NCBI GenBank assembly: GCA_947167315.1
Contig: CAMVHP010000001.1
Span: 4,021-68,020 of the forward strand
Reading direction: 5' to 3'
Source of the DNA: an uncultured Rickettsiales bacterium
GTDB lineage: Bacteria; Pseudomonadota; Alphaproteobacteria; Rickettsiales; UBA1997
DNA length: 64,000 bases
A program made the translations under genes and the position numbers. Every line of letters begins with the position of its first letter. Positions within the stretch are counted from its first letter, which is position 1. The notes under the pieces are model-generated. The model searched no databases, was not told the DNA's origin, and saw only the letters and a program-made list of their open reading frames with translations. Below are positions 40,064 to 50,772 of this stretch, in pieces.

Positions 40064-41449
40064 TTGATGAAGTCTCTAGGATTCTCAATACTGTTTCTGT
40101 TTTTGTGCACAAGTGCGAATGTTGTTTTGTGTATGGAATCGTCGCAATCTAAACAAAAAATTCTAGAGGAATTTCGAAAAAAACTTTTAGAAGAAGAGGA
40201 AATACAGAGAGAATTAAAGAAAAACGTTACCTTAACAAATGAAGACTTTAACGATTTAGTTAAAAATAATGACGAACAAACATTAAAGGATGTATTTGAA
40301 TCCATAAAACCAACAGAAGAAGAAAAAAAACTAAAGGAAGAAGCAAAAAAGAAAGCGGAGGAAGAGAAAAAAAGAAAAGCTGAAGAGAAGAAAAAGATAG
40401 CTGAAGAAGAGAAAAAGTTAAAGGAGGAAGAAAAGAGAATAAAGGCTGAAGAAAAAAGACTGAAGGATGAAGAAAAAAAGCAAAAAAAAGCAAAAACTGA
40501 AGAGGAAAAGAAACAGAAAAAAGAGGAAGAGGAAAGACTAAAAAAAGAAAAAGATGAACTAAAACAAAAACAGGACGAATTGGAAAGGTCTAAGAAAGAA
40601 CAAAACAGCGGTAAAACTTCAAAGACAACCAATGCACAAAAACAAGAGCAAGACCAAAGTGCTTTAAGCTATAGGGAAATTGATAGTGCAAAACCTGGTG
40701 TTTTGGAAAAAATATATAACATAACAGATACTGGAGTTTCCAATGAATTTTTGTACAGTAGAGAATATCAAGAACTTATAAGTAACAAAACCACAATAAC
40801 AAAAGTTGACACAAACAAAGAAAGCGACATTCCGGTTGTATATTTAGCAGAAAAAAATATAATAAGTTTTGATAATACCGACATACCAAATGAGTTGCTA
40901 ACCTATAAAAGATCTACTGAAAATAGGCACATACCAACGATAATGTCAACGGCCGACATGCAAGAAATTGCCATCAAAGCAATAGAAAACAATAATTTAT
41001 CAGTTTTAAGAGGTGTTATAGAGCAAACAAAAGATCCGGATTTTTTAATAGACAGAAATAGAACGTTACTAAACTTTGCTATAGAAAGCAAAAAATATAT
41101 TTTAGCTAGATACCTAATCTACAGTGGAGCAAGCATAAACAGGCTTGACAATAAACTAAATAATCCACTACATGTATCTGTTATTAATCACAGTAGTGAT
41201 ATAGCAGATTTACTAATGGAAAATGGTGTTGATATAAACGCACAAAACATTGATGGTGATACGCCATTACTATTGTCAATAGCTACAAGTCAGGATGATT
41301 TAACGATAAAACTATTGAAAAACGGAGCAAATTTACGAATAAAAAATAAACAGGGAGACGATGCTGTGAGTTTGGCGATAAAAAATAACAAAAGAAAAAT
41401 ACAACAATATCTACAGGATATAATAAGACAAGAGGAAATGAACAAATGA
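40064..41449 (+). CDS. Secreted ankyrin-repeat protein with a K/E-rich coiled region
   Basis: A signal-peptide-like N-terminus (MMKSLGFSILFLFLCTSANVVLC) precedes ~100 aa of EEKK-type charged repeats. The C-terminus has ANK repeats (NPLHVSVINHSSDIADLLMENGVDINAQNIDGDTPLLLSI..., LLKNGANL). Confidence 0.85.
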   Translation: MMKSLGFSILFLFLCTSANVVLCMESSQSKQKILEEFRKKLLEEEEIQRELKKNVTLTNEDFNDLVKNNDEQTLKDVFESIKPTEEEKKLKEEAKKKAEEEKKRKAEEKKKIAEEEKKLKEEEKRIKAEEKRLKDEEKKQKKAKTEEEKKQKKEEEERLKKEKDELKQKQDELERSKKEQNSGKTSKTTNAQKQEQDQSALSYREIDSAKPGVLEKIYNITDTGVSNEFLYSREYQELISNKTTITKVDTNKESDIPVVYLAEKNIISFDNTDIPNELLTYKRSTENRHIPTIMSTADMQEIAIKAIENNNLSVLRGVIEQTKDPDFLIDRNRTLLNFAIESKKYILARYLIYSGASINRLDNKLNNPLHVSVINHSSDIADLLMENGVDINAQNIDGDTPLLLSIATSQDDLTIKLLKNGANLRIKNKQGDDAVSLAIKNNKRKIQQYLQDIIRQEEMNK

Positions 41450-42576
41450 TTGCCAGTTATTTTGACAAAAATGCTATATTTAACAAAATACTAAGACTAA
41501 ATAAAAATTTGATTCTACTGGTGTGTATGATATTCTTCTGTGGTCTTATGCTGTTATATTCAGCAAACAATGGCAACATGAAACCGTGGGTAATTAGGCA
41601 GTTATTATACTTTGTATGTTTTTTCCCAGTTATGATAGCTATAGCTGTGATTGATCTAAAATTCTGGCTAAAAAGTTCGTACTTAATATATATAGGAGGA
41701 TTATTTCTTTTAGTATTAGTAGCAATCATAGGGCATAAGTCCATGGGAGCCACAAGGTGGTTAAATCTAGGTTTTATAAGAATACAACCATCGGAAATAA
41801 TGAAAATATGTATGACATTAGCGTTAGCAAGATATTTTTTTCAAAACGACATAAACGACATAAGAAAAAATAAAAAGTTGATAATACCAACAATTATGTA
41901 TATAATTCCCTTTTGCTTTATACTGAAGCAACCAAATTTAGGTACAGTACTGATTTTAACCGCAATATTTGTAGCCACACTATTTTTTGTTGGCGTCCAA
42001 TTTTGGAAATTTGTTTTGTGTTTTGTAATAGCACTACTTATGATACCAATAACATGGAAATATGGATTACACGACTATCAAAAACAGAGGGTTATAACAT
42101 TTTTGAATCCAGAAAGTGACCCCTTGAATTCCGGCTATAACATCACACAGTCAAAAATAGCCATCGGCTCTGGCGGTATATGGGGCACAGGCTTTCTAAA
42201 GGGAGTTCAGGGGCAGCTGGAATTTTTGCCAGAAAAACACACTGATTTTATATTTGCTGTTTTGGCTGAAGAGTTTGGCTTTATCGGTAGTGTTTTTGTC
42301 ATATCATTATTTTTAGTAATGTTTATATTTTTTGCTTACATAATAACAAAATGTAATCACTCCTATGGAAAAATAATAGTTATGGGAGTATTTGTTAACA
42401 TATTTTGTCACTTTTTTATAAATATAGGAATGATAACCGGAATTTTACCGGTGGTGGGAATACCGCTACCCATGTTGTCATATGGTGGTAGTATAACGGT
42501 ATCAACATTAATCTCAATCGGATTTGTGCTAAATGTTGATATTAACAGAAACACAGAATTAAGTTTATTGGATTAA
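41446..42576 (+). CDS. rodA: Peptidoglycan glycosyltransferase RodA (SEDS family)
   Basis: [52 protein letters not shown] is nearly identical in pattern to the E. coli RodA block [46 protein letters not shown], and differs from FtsW. Confidence 0.88.
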   Translation: MIASYFDKNAIFNKILRLNKNLILLVCMIFFCGLMLLYSANNGNMKPWVIRQLLYFVCFFPVMIAIAVIDLKFWLKSSYLIYIGGLFLLVLVAIIGHKSMGATRWLNLGFIRIQPSEIMKICMTLALARYFFQNDINDIRKNKKLIIPTIMYIIPFCFILKQPNLGTVLILTAIFVATLFFVGVQFWKFVLCFVIALLMIPITWKYGLHDYQKQRVITFLNPESDPLNSGYNITQSKIAIGSGGIWGTGFLKGVQGQLEFLPEKHTDFIFAVLAEEFGFIGSVFVISLFLVMFIFFAYIITKCNHSYGKIIVMGVFVNIFCHFFINIGMITGILPVVGIPLPMLSYGGSITVSTLISIGFVLNVDINRNTELSLLD

Positions 42577-43658
42577 TTATTCTGTTTTCCTTTGTTTATT
42601 AGATATAAGTCCATCAGCACAAGCCAAGTCATAGCCTCCACCACCGGCACAGCTCTCGCCACAACACATGGATCATGTCTGCCATTGGCCGTAAAAATTG
42701 TATTTTTACCGTTTATATCAACAGTTTTTTGCGTTTTAAATATGGTGGCTGTTGGTTTAAAAGCAACTCTAAAACTTATTTCTTCACCATTAGATATACC
42801 TCCCTGAATACCTCCGGAGTGATTTGTTATCGTGTGAATGTCTCCATCTACATTTATAAACTCATCATTATTAGTGGAACCTTTAAAGTTGACACAGTCA
42901 AAACCTTCTCCATATTCAAAACCTTTACAGGCATTAATACTCAACATTGCCTTTGCCAGTTGTGCCGATAGCTTATCAAACACCGGTTCACCTAGACCAA
43001 CAGGACAGTTTTTTACAAAGCATTTCACTATTCCACCCACAGAGTCGCCATCGTTTCTGGCTTTTTCAATCAATTCCACCATCAATTTTGCCTTTTCCTC
43101 ATCCGGACACCTAATTATATTACTCTCTATTGCGTCTTCACTAACATCATCCATTGAGTTAAATCTAGCCTGTATGTTACCAACTTGTTCCACAAAAGCC
43201 AAAACTTTTATCCCAATACTCTCAAGAAACTTTTTTGCTATAGCACCAGCGGCAACTCTACAGGCTGTTTCTCTGGCCGATGCCCTACCCCCTCCTCTAT
43301 AGTCTCTTATTCCATATTTTCTAAAATAGGTATAGTCTGCATGAGACGGTCTAAAAATATCCTTAATATTTGAATAATCGGTTGTTCTATGGTCTTTATT
43401 CATTATAAGCAAGGCAATTGGAGTACCTGTGGCTTTTCCCTCAAAAACCCCCGATAATATCTGGACCATATCCTCTTCTTTTCTTTGGGTTGTTATGGAA
43501 CTTTGTCCAGGTTTTCTCCTGTCCAACTCCTTCTGGATATCGTTTTCATCTATCTCGATATTGGGAGGACAACCATCCACAACACAACCTATGGCTATCC
43601 CATGAGATTCTCCAAATGTCGTCACTCTGAATAAATTTCCAAAGGTATTTCCTGTCAT
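42573..43658 (-). CDS. aroC: Chorismate synthase
   Basis: [22 protein letters not shown] and [12 protein letters not shown] are canonical AroC blocks. Confidence 0.95.
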   Translation of the reverse strand: MTGNTFGNLFRVTTFGESHGIAIGCVVDGCPPNIEIDENDIQKELDRRKPGQSSITTQRKEEDMVQILSGVFEGKATGTPIALLIMNKDHRTTDYSNIKDIFRPSHADYTYFRKYGIRDYRGGGRASARETACRVAAGAIAKKFLESIGIKVLAFVEQVGNIQARFNSMDDVSEDAIESNIIRCPDEEKAKLMVELIEKARNDGDSVGGIVKCFVKNCPVGLGEPVFDKLSAQLAKAMLSINACKGFEYGEGFDCVNFKGSTNNDEFINVDGDIHTITNHSGGIQGGISNGEEISFRVAFKPTATIFKTQKTVDINGKNTIFTANGRHDPCVVARAVPVVEAMTWLVLMDLYLINKGKQNN

Positions 43659-43664
43659 ATCACC

Positions 43665-44246
43665 TTACAAATTTTTAATATTTTTAATGGCATCAATAAT
43701 TTTATTCACATTTTCCAACACATCACCATTTGTATCAAAAACCAAATCCGCCATCTCTCTATAATATTCTTCTCTTTTATTCATTATTTGTATATTGTTT
43801 TCAATATATTCATCAACGGAACGATCCTTTCCGTGTAAATCCGGCAACCTTTCCATTCCCACACTATACAATCTTTTTCTAATCACGTCCTCGTCCGCCA
43901 CCAACAAAATTTTTAATGTATCCAATGATTTTTTTATTATTTCCCTTTGCACATCTCCAAAGGTTAAAACGCTATTGTAGGGAACATCATTGACACCAAC
44001 ACCCCCGCCGGCAGAAATAACCATATTGTCAAAATTCAACAATTCCTTTATTTTTAAAGTTTCAATCCTTCTAAAATCAACCCAATTTGTACCATTCTTT
44101 GTTATTTGATTTATGCTTCTGCCGTATTCTTTTTCTATCATAGTGTCGGTATCCACAAGTCCGAAGCCTAAAATATTTGCAACCTCTTTTGATATTGTCG
44201 TTTTACCAGTACACCTGAAACCAATAAATAATATTCTGTTATACAT
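43665..44246 (-). CDS. aroK: Shikimate kinase
   Basis: P-loop GFRCTGKTT, DTD, and the FRRIE / ISAGGG shikimate-binding pattern. It sits between aroA and aroC. Confidence 0.8.
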   Translation of the reverse strand: MYNRILFIGFRCTGKTTISKEVANILGFGLVDTDTMIEKEYGRSINQITKNGTNWVDFRRIETLKIKELLNFDNMVISAGGGVGVNDVPYNSVLTFGDVQREIIKKSLDTLKILLVADEDVIRKRLYSVGMERLPDLHGKDRSVDEYIENNIQIMNKREEYYREMADLVFDTNGDVLENVNKIIDAIKNIKNL

Positions 44247-44249
44247 ATG

Positions 44250-45539
44250 CTACCTTAATTTATTTAAACAATTCCAAAAATCAGGAAATGATTTACTAAC
44301 TACTGCAGGATTTTTTATTTTGAGTCCACCAAGTTTTGCTCCGGCAATGGCGAACGACATAGCTATTCTGTGGTCATTGTAGGTTTCTATTTCACCAACA
44401 ACTTTAGGTTTTCCACCATAAATAATTATAAAATCATCACCAATTTCAGTATCTATAGACAATTTCTTCAATTCATTATGTAACGCCATAAGCCTATCAC
44501 TTTCCTTATTTTTTAGAGTTGATAAACCAGTTATTTTACTTTTACCATCAACAAATGATAGCAGTACAGCAAGTGACACGGCAGCATCAGGCATCAGCTT
44601 CATATCAACATCTATTGGCTTTAAATTTCGCCCTCTAACAAAAACTGAATCGGTGCAGTATTTTACCTCCGCTCCCATTTGCTTCAATAGTTCCACAAAA
44701 TTTTTATCACCCTGAACCGAGTTATTGTTTACATTGGCTACTTCTATCCCTCCATCAAACAAAGCCCCCAAACAACAAAAATATGATGCGGAAGACCAAT
44801 CTCCTTCTACACTATATTCCACCGCCCTATATTTTGCCGGTTCTATGACATACTGTTTATAATTTTTATTCACAACATCGACACCAAATGTTTTCATTAT
44901 ATCAATGGTCATGTCTATGTAGGAGCTAGAAACTTGTTTATCAATTACATTAATCGTCAATCCGTTCTTCAACAACGGAGCAACCATCATCAAAGCAGTA
45001 AAATACTGACTTGATACACCACCATTCATTGATATTTCATTATGATTACCAGCAAAACCAATACTTTTACCATTACCCCTTAACGGCAAAGAACCAGTTT
45101 TTCCTAAATAGTCAATTTTTACTCCAATTTGTCTTAAACCCTCCACCAGCTCGCCAATTGGTCTCTCCAGTATTTTACCTTCGCCATTTATTACCACATT
45201 AGTATCCATCAGAGCTAAAAGTCCAGTTAAAAACCTACTGGTGGTGCCAGCCATACCACAAAACAGTTCAACATTGTCGTTTTCTAAAGCAAAATTTCCA
45301 CCATTACCATACACAACTAAATCTTTATTATTTTTTTCAAACACAACACCTATTTTTTCCAACGATTCCATCATATATTTAGTGTCATCACTATAAAGTG
45401 GATTATGTAAAATTGTTTTACCATCCACTAAACTCGCTATAATTAAGGCCCTATTTGTATAACTCTTTGAGCTGGGAATTTCAACGGCAGATCTTTTTTT
45501 TATTTCATCTATTTTATTAACCTCAATTACTTCATCCAT
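44250..45539 (-). CDS. aroA: 3-phosphoshikimate 1-carboxyvinyltransferase (EPSP synthase)
   Basis: PSSKSYTNRALIIASL, LFCGMAGTTSRFL, KESDRL and NDHRIAMSFAIAG are AroA signature blocks. Confidence 0.95.
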   Translation of the reverse strand: MDEVIEVNKIDEIKKRSAVEIPSSKSYTNRALIIASLVDGKTILHNPLYSDDTKYMMESLEKIGVVFEKNNKDLVVYGNGGNFALENDNVELFCGMAGTTSRFLTGLLALMDTNVVINGEGKILERPIGELVEGLRQIGVKIDYLGKTGSLPLRGNGKSIGFAGNHNEISMNGGVSSQYFTALMMVAPLLKNGLTINVIDKQVSSSYIDMTIDIMKTFGVDVVNKNYKQYVIEPAKYRAVEYSVEGDWSSASYFCCLGALFDGGIEVANVNNNSVQGDKNFVELLKQMGAEVKYCTDSVFVRGRNLKPIDVDMKLMPDAAVSLAVLLSFVDGKSKITGLSTLKNKESDRLMALHNELKKLSIDTEIGDDFIIIYGGKPKVVGEIETYNDHRIAMSFAIAGAKLGGLKIKNPAVVSKSFPDFWNCLNKLR

Positions 45540-45810
45540 TATTCTTTTTTACCTCTTCATGTTCCTTCACAACCTGCTTCATAACTATTGAAAAAATATT
45601 TTCAATCATATCTTCATCGATTCCGCTTTCTTTTGCCAACAGCCTAACATTTTCTATAACCTTCAACTCTCTGGATTTGTCTTTTGATTGTAGATTATTC
45701 TGTCTTTTAAGTTCCCCAACTTTTCTTGTAAGTTGAAATCTTTTGGCTATGGCAAAAACTATCTCTTTGTTACTTCTGTCTATCTCTGCCCTTAGTTGTT
45801 CTAAATTCAT
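45532..45810 (-). CDS. Monofunctional AroQ-type chorismate mutase
   Basis: 92 aa. LEQLRAEIDRSNKEIVFAIAKRFQLTRKVGELK is the CM_2 helix-1 pattern. It overlaps the aroA start by 8 nt. Confidence 0.8.
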   Translation of the reverse strand: MNLEQLRAEIDRSNKEIVFAIAKRFQLTRKVGELKRQNNLQSKDKSRELKVIENVRLLAKESGIDEDMIENIFSIVMKQVVKEHEEVKKNNG

Positions 45811-45962
45811 GTTTATAAATATGTTTTCAAAAAGATTGTAATACTTTTATTTTGATTTTGCAACCGAAAAACAAACCTTGATTCATGTGTGGATATGGTC
45901 CGCTGGACAACAAACCATATCCATTAATTATCAACACCAATAATACTTATAAGTTATGTATA

Positions 45963-47495
45963 TTATTTATTAACACTCAAAAACTCCGTCTCCTTAAACA
46001 TCAAAGCCTCTCTAACATGATTTTCAGTTATATTTTCACTCTGTTCCAAATCGGCAATTGTTCTAGCAACCTTTATTATCTTATTATAACCCCTCAGAGA
46101 TAAATTAAAAACCTGATTTGCCAACATGATAACATTTTCACACTTATCATCAAGTTTCATATATTTACCAATTTCATCATTACTAGCATAGGCATTCAAC
46201 ATTCTGTGATTTGTTTTTGAATCTTTATATCTTTCAATTTGCATTTGTCTAGCAACATCAACTCTTTTCTTAACCACAGCCGACGTTTCATTGTTAACAG
46301 CCTTTGCTTTTTCTTTAAAAATATCTATCTTTGGTATATCAACGGTAATGTCAAACCTATCAAGAATTGGACCAGAAATTTTGTTTTGGTACTCCTGTGC
46401 GCAAAACGGCGCCCTCTTACATTGTTTTTCTACATCTCCATAGTGTCCACATCTGCACGGATTCATGGCTCCTATTAGTTGAAATTCTGCCGGATACGTG
46501 ATGCTCTGTGCAGCTCTAGCCACCGTTATTTTACCAGTTTCCAGCGGTTGCCTTAATGAATCCAACACCTGTCTAGAAAATTCTGGCAATTCATCCAAAA
46601 ACAATATACCATTGTGCGCCATTGAAATCTGTCCTGGTTTTGACTTACTGCCCCCACCAACCATAGCAGGCATAGAACAGGAGTGATGTGGATCTAAAAA
46701 AGGTCTTTTATTCACCAATTCGCCATTGTTTAAACCACTGGATATACTTTTCATTATATTAATCTCTAAAATCTCTTTAGCGGTTAATTCCGGTAGTATA
46801 CCCAAAATTCTCTGTGCCAACATAGATTTACCGGTTCCGGGGGGACCAATCATCAATAGATTGTGTCCACCGGCGGCGGCAATTTCTAAAGCTCTTTTAC
46901 CCTGTCGTTGTCCATAAACATCCTTCAGATCCGGATAATTTGTGTCATCCATTTTCCTGTTTATTGTCGGTTTCTCGATTTCACATCTTCCGTTTAAATA
47001 GTTTATTAAAGTCAATAAATCATCAACAGCAACAATATCAATGTTTTCATCAACCCACAGTGCCTCTTTAGCACAGCATTTAGGGCAAATTATACCAAGT
47101 CCTCTTTCCTTTGCTCCTAAAGCCACCGGTAATATTCCATTAACTTTATTTAGTGCTCCATCTAAAGATAATTCACCAACAACAACATATTTATTGATTT
47201 TTTCCTGTGGTATTATACCCATTTCTATTAGGATACCTATAGCCATAGGTAAATCTAAATAACTACCCTCTTTACTAACATCCGCCGGATTTAGATTTAC
47301 AATTAATCTCTTTACCGGAAAACTTAAACCTATTGAATTTATACTTGCTCTTATCCTTTCTTTTGCTTCATTTACTATTTTATCCGGCAATCCAACTATG
47401 TTAAATGCAACTATACCGGAGGACAACTTCACCTCAACGTTTACGTCTATTATTTCGGTACCCAATAGGGCAAAAGTTTTTATTTTTGCTACCAT
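45963..47495 (-). CDS. comM: ComM/YifB Mg-chelatase-like AAA+ protein
   Basis: Lon-protease-like N-domain (DLPMAIGIL), Walker A GPPGTGKSMLA, GILFLDELPEF, and a C-terminal ChlI-like helical domain. Confidence 0.9.
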   Translation of the reverse strand: MVAKIKTFALLGTEIIDVNVEVKLSSGIVAFNIVGLPDKIVNEAKERIRASINSIGLSFPVKRLIVNLNPADVSKEGSYLDLPMAIGILIEMGIIPQEKINKYVVVGELSLDGALNKVNGILPVALGAKERGLGIICPKCCAKEALWVDENIDIVAVDDLLTLINYLNGRCEIEKPTINRKMDDTNYPDLKDVYGQRQGKRALEIAAAGGHNLLMIGPPGTGKSMLAQRILGILPELTAKEILEINIMKSISSGLNNGELVNKRPFLDPHHSCSMPAMVGGGSKSKPGQISMAHNGILFLDELPEFSRQVLDSLRQPLETGKITVARAAQSITYPAEFQLIGAMNPCRCGHYGDVEKQCKRAPFCAQEYQNKISGPILDRFDITVDIPKIDIFKEKAKAVNNETSAVVKKRVDVARQMQIERYKDSKTNHRMLNAYASNDEIGKYMKLDDKCENVIMLANQVFNLSLRGYNKIIKVARTIADLEQSENITENHVREALMFKETEFLSVNK

Positions 47496-47909
47496 TTATT
47501 TGCCACCACCATTGTTATAGAATATTAATTTAGGTCTATTTTGTAGTGTGATTTCATCGCTTTTACCGTCAAAAACTATGGTTTCTGCCGTACCATTAAC
47601 AAAATAGCTTTTTATATCAACATTTTTTAATTTTATATCATTATAAGAATCCTTAATGATAGCAAAATTTGATGTTACAAATGTTAATCTATTGTCATCA
47701 TCATTAATCTGCAGTATTGGTTTTTCAACTATTTCTGTATTTACAATTTCGTCATCTATTTTTGCATTTACACTAAAAGTAATATATAGTTCAAACGAAA
47801 ACAAAATAAATACAGCTAGACATATCAAGGATAAAATTAGCTTTAGAAAAAGAAACAAATATCTGTAAATAACAAGTTTTCTATAAATTTTACTGTACAT
47901 AATAATCAC
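47496..47909 (-). CDS. Hypothetical membrane-anchored periplasmic protein (possibly LptC-like; weak)
   Basis: One N-terminal TM helix precedes ~90 aa of beta-rich sequence. It is wedged with 0-1 nt gaps between tolB and comM. I made no confident family match. Confidence 0.45.
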   Translation of the reverse strand: MIIMYSKIYRKLVIYRYLFLFLKLILSLICLAVFILFSFELYITFSVNAKIDDEIVNTEIVEKPILQINDDDNRLTFVTSNFAIIKDSYNDIKLKNVDIKSYFVNGTAETIVFDGKSDEITLQNRPKLIFYNNGGGK

Positions 47910-47910
47910 A

Positions 47911-49446
47911 TCAAAAATTCATTATCCAATCGGGGTCGCTAGCTCCTTCATTTTCCGGAGTATTAAGTTTATATTCGGTTCTGGTTAAGACATCCATTAT
48001 ATACAATTTTGGGATACTTTTTTTGCCGTATGGACCGTCCTGTTTTGTATATATTATATATCTTGAGTTTGGTGACCATTTTACACCCTCAACTAAATAT
48101 GCTCCGGTCAAAATCCTTTCCCATTCACCCTCCGTCGTCATGACACCAACGTAAAATTTACCACCTAAAATCTTAACGAAAGATATCATTCTGCCATCCG
48201 GTGACCAAGAGGGTTTATCGTATAGTCCAGCTCCGTTACTCACCATCTTTTCCTCTGATGTTTCTAAATCCATAACATATAATTTTCTTGATCCATTTTT
48301 ACTGGAAACATAAACAATTTTTTTACCATCCGGACTAAAACTCGCGGACGTATTAATACTTTTGTTGTTTGTAAGTTTTCTGTTGGTTTTTTTGTTTAGG
48401 TCAAACAAAAATAAATTGGTTCCACCACTGTCCTGTGAACCGGATACTATCAATTGATTTTCACCATTGGGATTAAATGCTGCCGCGCTGGTCATTTCCT
48501 GACCGCTTAAAGATATTCTTGTGGTTGTCTTGTTTTTCAGATCGTACTTGAAAACAAATACTCCTTCATCGGTATAGTTTAAATAAAAGATTTCGTTTGG
48601 ATTGTACCTTGAAAATATTGGCGTTAATTTTAGACTGCTACCGCTTGTTATCTTTGTGTTTTTTGAACTATCAAAATTCATAATGCTCACCTGCTTTGTT
48701 CTATTTTTCACACCACCGGTTTCAGATATATAAATTATTCTACTGTTAAACATTCCTCTGCTTTCACCCATGGTTTTTTGAAAAATAAAATCAGATACCG
48801 TGTTAGCTATCTTATCCACATCAACATTCAATAAATCTATTATGTAATATTTTCCATCCAAAAATTTTTCATCTAAAACATCCCACAAAAATAACTGTAA
48901 CTTTAATTCATTTTCATTATTAACAATTATATCTCCACTTAAAATATAACCATTGCTGGAGGAATTACTAAATATATATTCATCAACGTTATTTGAATCA
49001 TTCTCTTTAAAAAAATCCATCACTTCATTACAGAAATTGTAATCATAGTCTATTTCATATAACTCCGTAATGTATAAATTTTCTATTATCTTATTGTAGA
49101 TATCAAAAAACAAATCGTTGTTTTTTGGACTGTTATAATTACTATATATTTTATTTGGTTTAAAACTTTTTTCTTCACTCTTATCTTCTTTTTTTTCGTC
49201 TTCTGTCTCCGAATCGTTTTTGATTATATCGTCTATTAGATTAGTAACTTCGTTTTCTTTATTATCTTCAACAATTGTTTCCTGTTTATCCTCTTCCAAT
49301 TCTTTGATAATACATGGTCTTGTTAATTTTAACATCACTTTGTTGTTGGTAGTATTCCCAATTGACATTGTTGTACTTTCACTGGCGAAACCACTCCCAT
49401 AGAATAGCAAAAAACATAAAAAAATAAAATATAAATGTTTTTTCAT
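47911..49446 (-). CDS. tolB: Tol-Pal system beta-propeller protein TolB (with an acidic N-terminal insertion)
   Basis: The C-terminal propeller has repeated P.WSPDG / FSPDGKKI.Y blades and follows tolQ-tolR-tolA-like. An extra D/E/K-rich segment lies near residues 50-100. Confidence 0.9.
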   Translation of the reverse strand: MKKHLYFIFLCFLLFYGSGFASESTTMSIGNTTNNKVMLKLTRPCIIKELEEDKQETIVEDNKENEVTNLIDDIIKNDSETEDEKKEDKSEEKSFKPNKIYSNYNSPKNNDLFFDIYNKIIENLYITELYEIDYDYNFCNEVMDFFKENDSNNVDEYIFSNSSSNGYILSGDIIVNNENELKLQLFLWDVLDEKFLDGKYYIIDLLNVDVDKIANTVSDFIFQKTMGESRGMFNSRIIYISETGGVKNRTKQVSIMNFDSSKNTKITSGSSLKLTPIFSRYNPNEIFYLNYTDEGVFVFKYDLKNKTTTRISLSGQEMTSAAAFNPNGENQLIVSGSQDSGGTNLFLFDLNKKTNRKLTNNKSINTSASFSPDGKKIVYVSSKNGSRKLYVMDLETSEEKMVSNGAGLYDKPSWSPDGRMISFVKILGGKFYVGVMTTEGEWERILTGAYLVEGVKWSPNSRYIIYTKQDGPYGKKSIPKLYIMDVLTRTEYKLNTPENEGASDPDWIMNF

Positions 49447-49458
49447 TATTTTCTTCCT

Positions 49459-50772
49459 CTATTCTGTTGCATCAAATACAAAATTAATGTTTTGCCAGCT
49501 TTGATATTTCATTGCTGGTAAATTTCTAATTGGGTTACAATAGGCAAGCGCTATTTTAGCATTATCTATAGCAACATCATAATCTTCCTTAGTAAATGCA
49601 TTATTATCATCAATGATTTTAACTTTAATTTCTTTTGAATTAATTATTCCATTTGTAAACAAATTTATAGTAACAGATGTTTTAACAAGACTTTTTTTCC
49701 CAGTTTGAGCAAGTGCACTTTTATAGCAAGAAATTAACTGATTTTGAATGTTTAGTTTTTCCCTGACAGATAGAGCATTAGCATTACTTTCTTCCTCCAA
49801 CACAGTCCTAATTTTTTTTAGATCATCCTTAGTAAAAATCTTATTAATGTCAACATCCATCAACATCCTGTATTTTGCGTCATCATTCTGAACATTACCT
49901 CTTTTTGCGTTACTATTTTCGGCTACAAATGCAACATTTTGTGTCCGCGACGCCTCCGCACCTCCGGCACTTCCTTTTTCTGTGACCAGTGTTTCATCTT
50001 CGGCAAGTTTAGATATAATGCTATCAATTTTACTATTATATTGTTGTTGTACACCTCCATTACCACTTCCGGCCACACCAGATATAACATCATTATGTCC
50101 TTCTTTAACTATAACTACATCCTTAACCTGTTTAGTTAATTCTTTGTTTTTAGCCAACTCTCTTTCTATGCTTTCTGTAGCTATTACTTTATCTATTGTT
50201 TTACCTAAAACATCTTCATTTTTTTTTCTATCCAACAAAGCCTGTTTTTCTCTTGATTCTCTTTCAAGTCTGGCAACGTATCTTTTATAGTCAGTCGGAC
50301 CAAGGTATAAAACATATTCTTTTCCAATACCACCACCACCTCCAATACGCTTTCCACCAACTGAACCAACAGATGTAACGCCAACGACACCAGCACCCGT
50401 TGTATTTACATCGGTGGGCACGCCAACGCTTCCACCAACGCCATTATCTGTTTTGGGATATATGTTTTGCTGTTGCCTGTTGCTCGAATTAGAATTTGCT
50501 AATACAATACCCTTATCTTTTATTTCCTTTGATGCTTTATATAAATCTATTTTTTCCTGTAGCGATAACATGTGATATATATCTTTGTCGGTTGTTTTTA
50601 TATTCTCATTAAAAAGCGTAGGATCAACATCAACTATGTTTAGGTTGCTTATCATCTCACTGTTTATCTTTTTGTTAATGCTATCACTGAAGAATATCAC
50701 CAACAAAAATAAAATGTGTAGACACAAAGAATATAAAAAATTTCTAACCATTTCATTCTGTTTCTTTTTCAT
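49459..50772 (-). CDS. TolA-like protein (called by position)
   Basis: One N-terminal TM helix (LYSLCLHILFLLVIFF), a long charged and Gly-rich linker, and a small C-terminal domain, located between tolR and tolB. Confidence 0.6.
   Translation of the reverse strand: MKKKQNEMVRNFLYSLCLHILFLLVIFFSDSINKKINSEMISNLNIVDVDPTLFNENIKTTDKDIYHMLSLQEKIDLYKASKEIKDKGIVLANSNSSNRQQQNIYPKTDNGVGGSVGVPTDVNTTGAGVVGVTSVGSVGGKRIGGGGGIGKEYVLYLGPTDYKRYVARLERESREKQALLDRKKNEDVLGKTIDKVIATESIERELAKNKELTKQVKDVVIVKEGHNDVISGVAGSGNGGVQQQYNSKIDSIISKLAEDETLVTEKGSAGGAEASRTQNVAFVAENSNAKRGNVQNDDAKYRMLMDVDINKIFTKDDLKKIRTVLEEESNANALSVREKLNIQNQLISCYKSALAQTGKKSLVKTSVTINLFTNGIINSKEIKVKIIDDNNAFTKEDYDVAIDNAKIALAYCNPIRNLPAMKYQSWQNINFVFDATE

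Noticed and set aside
40024-40632. 202-aa poly-Ser/Phe ORF and GAAGAAAA-type DNA repeats that look superficially like a repeat array
   Set aside because: The periodicity is the antisense of, and the codon repeats for, the K/E-rich coil of the ankyrin protein. There is no spacer/repeat architecture, so it is not a CRISPR or a non-coding tandem repeat.
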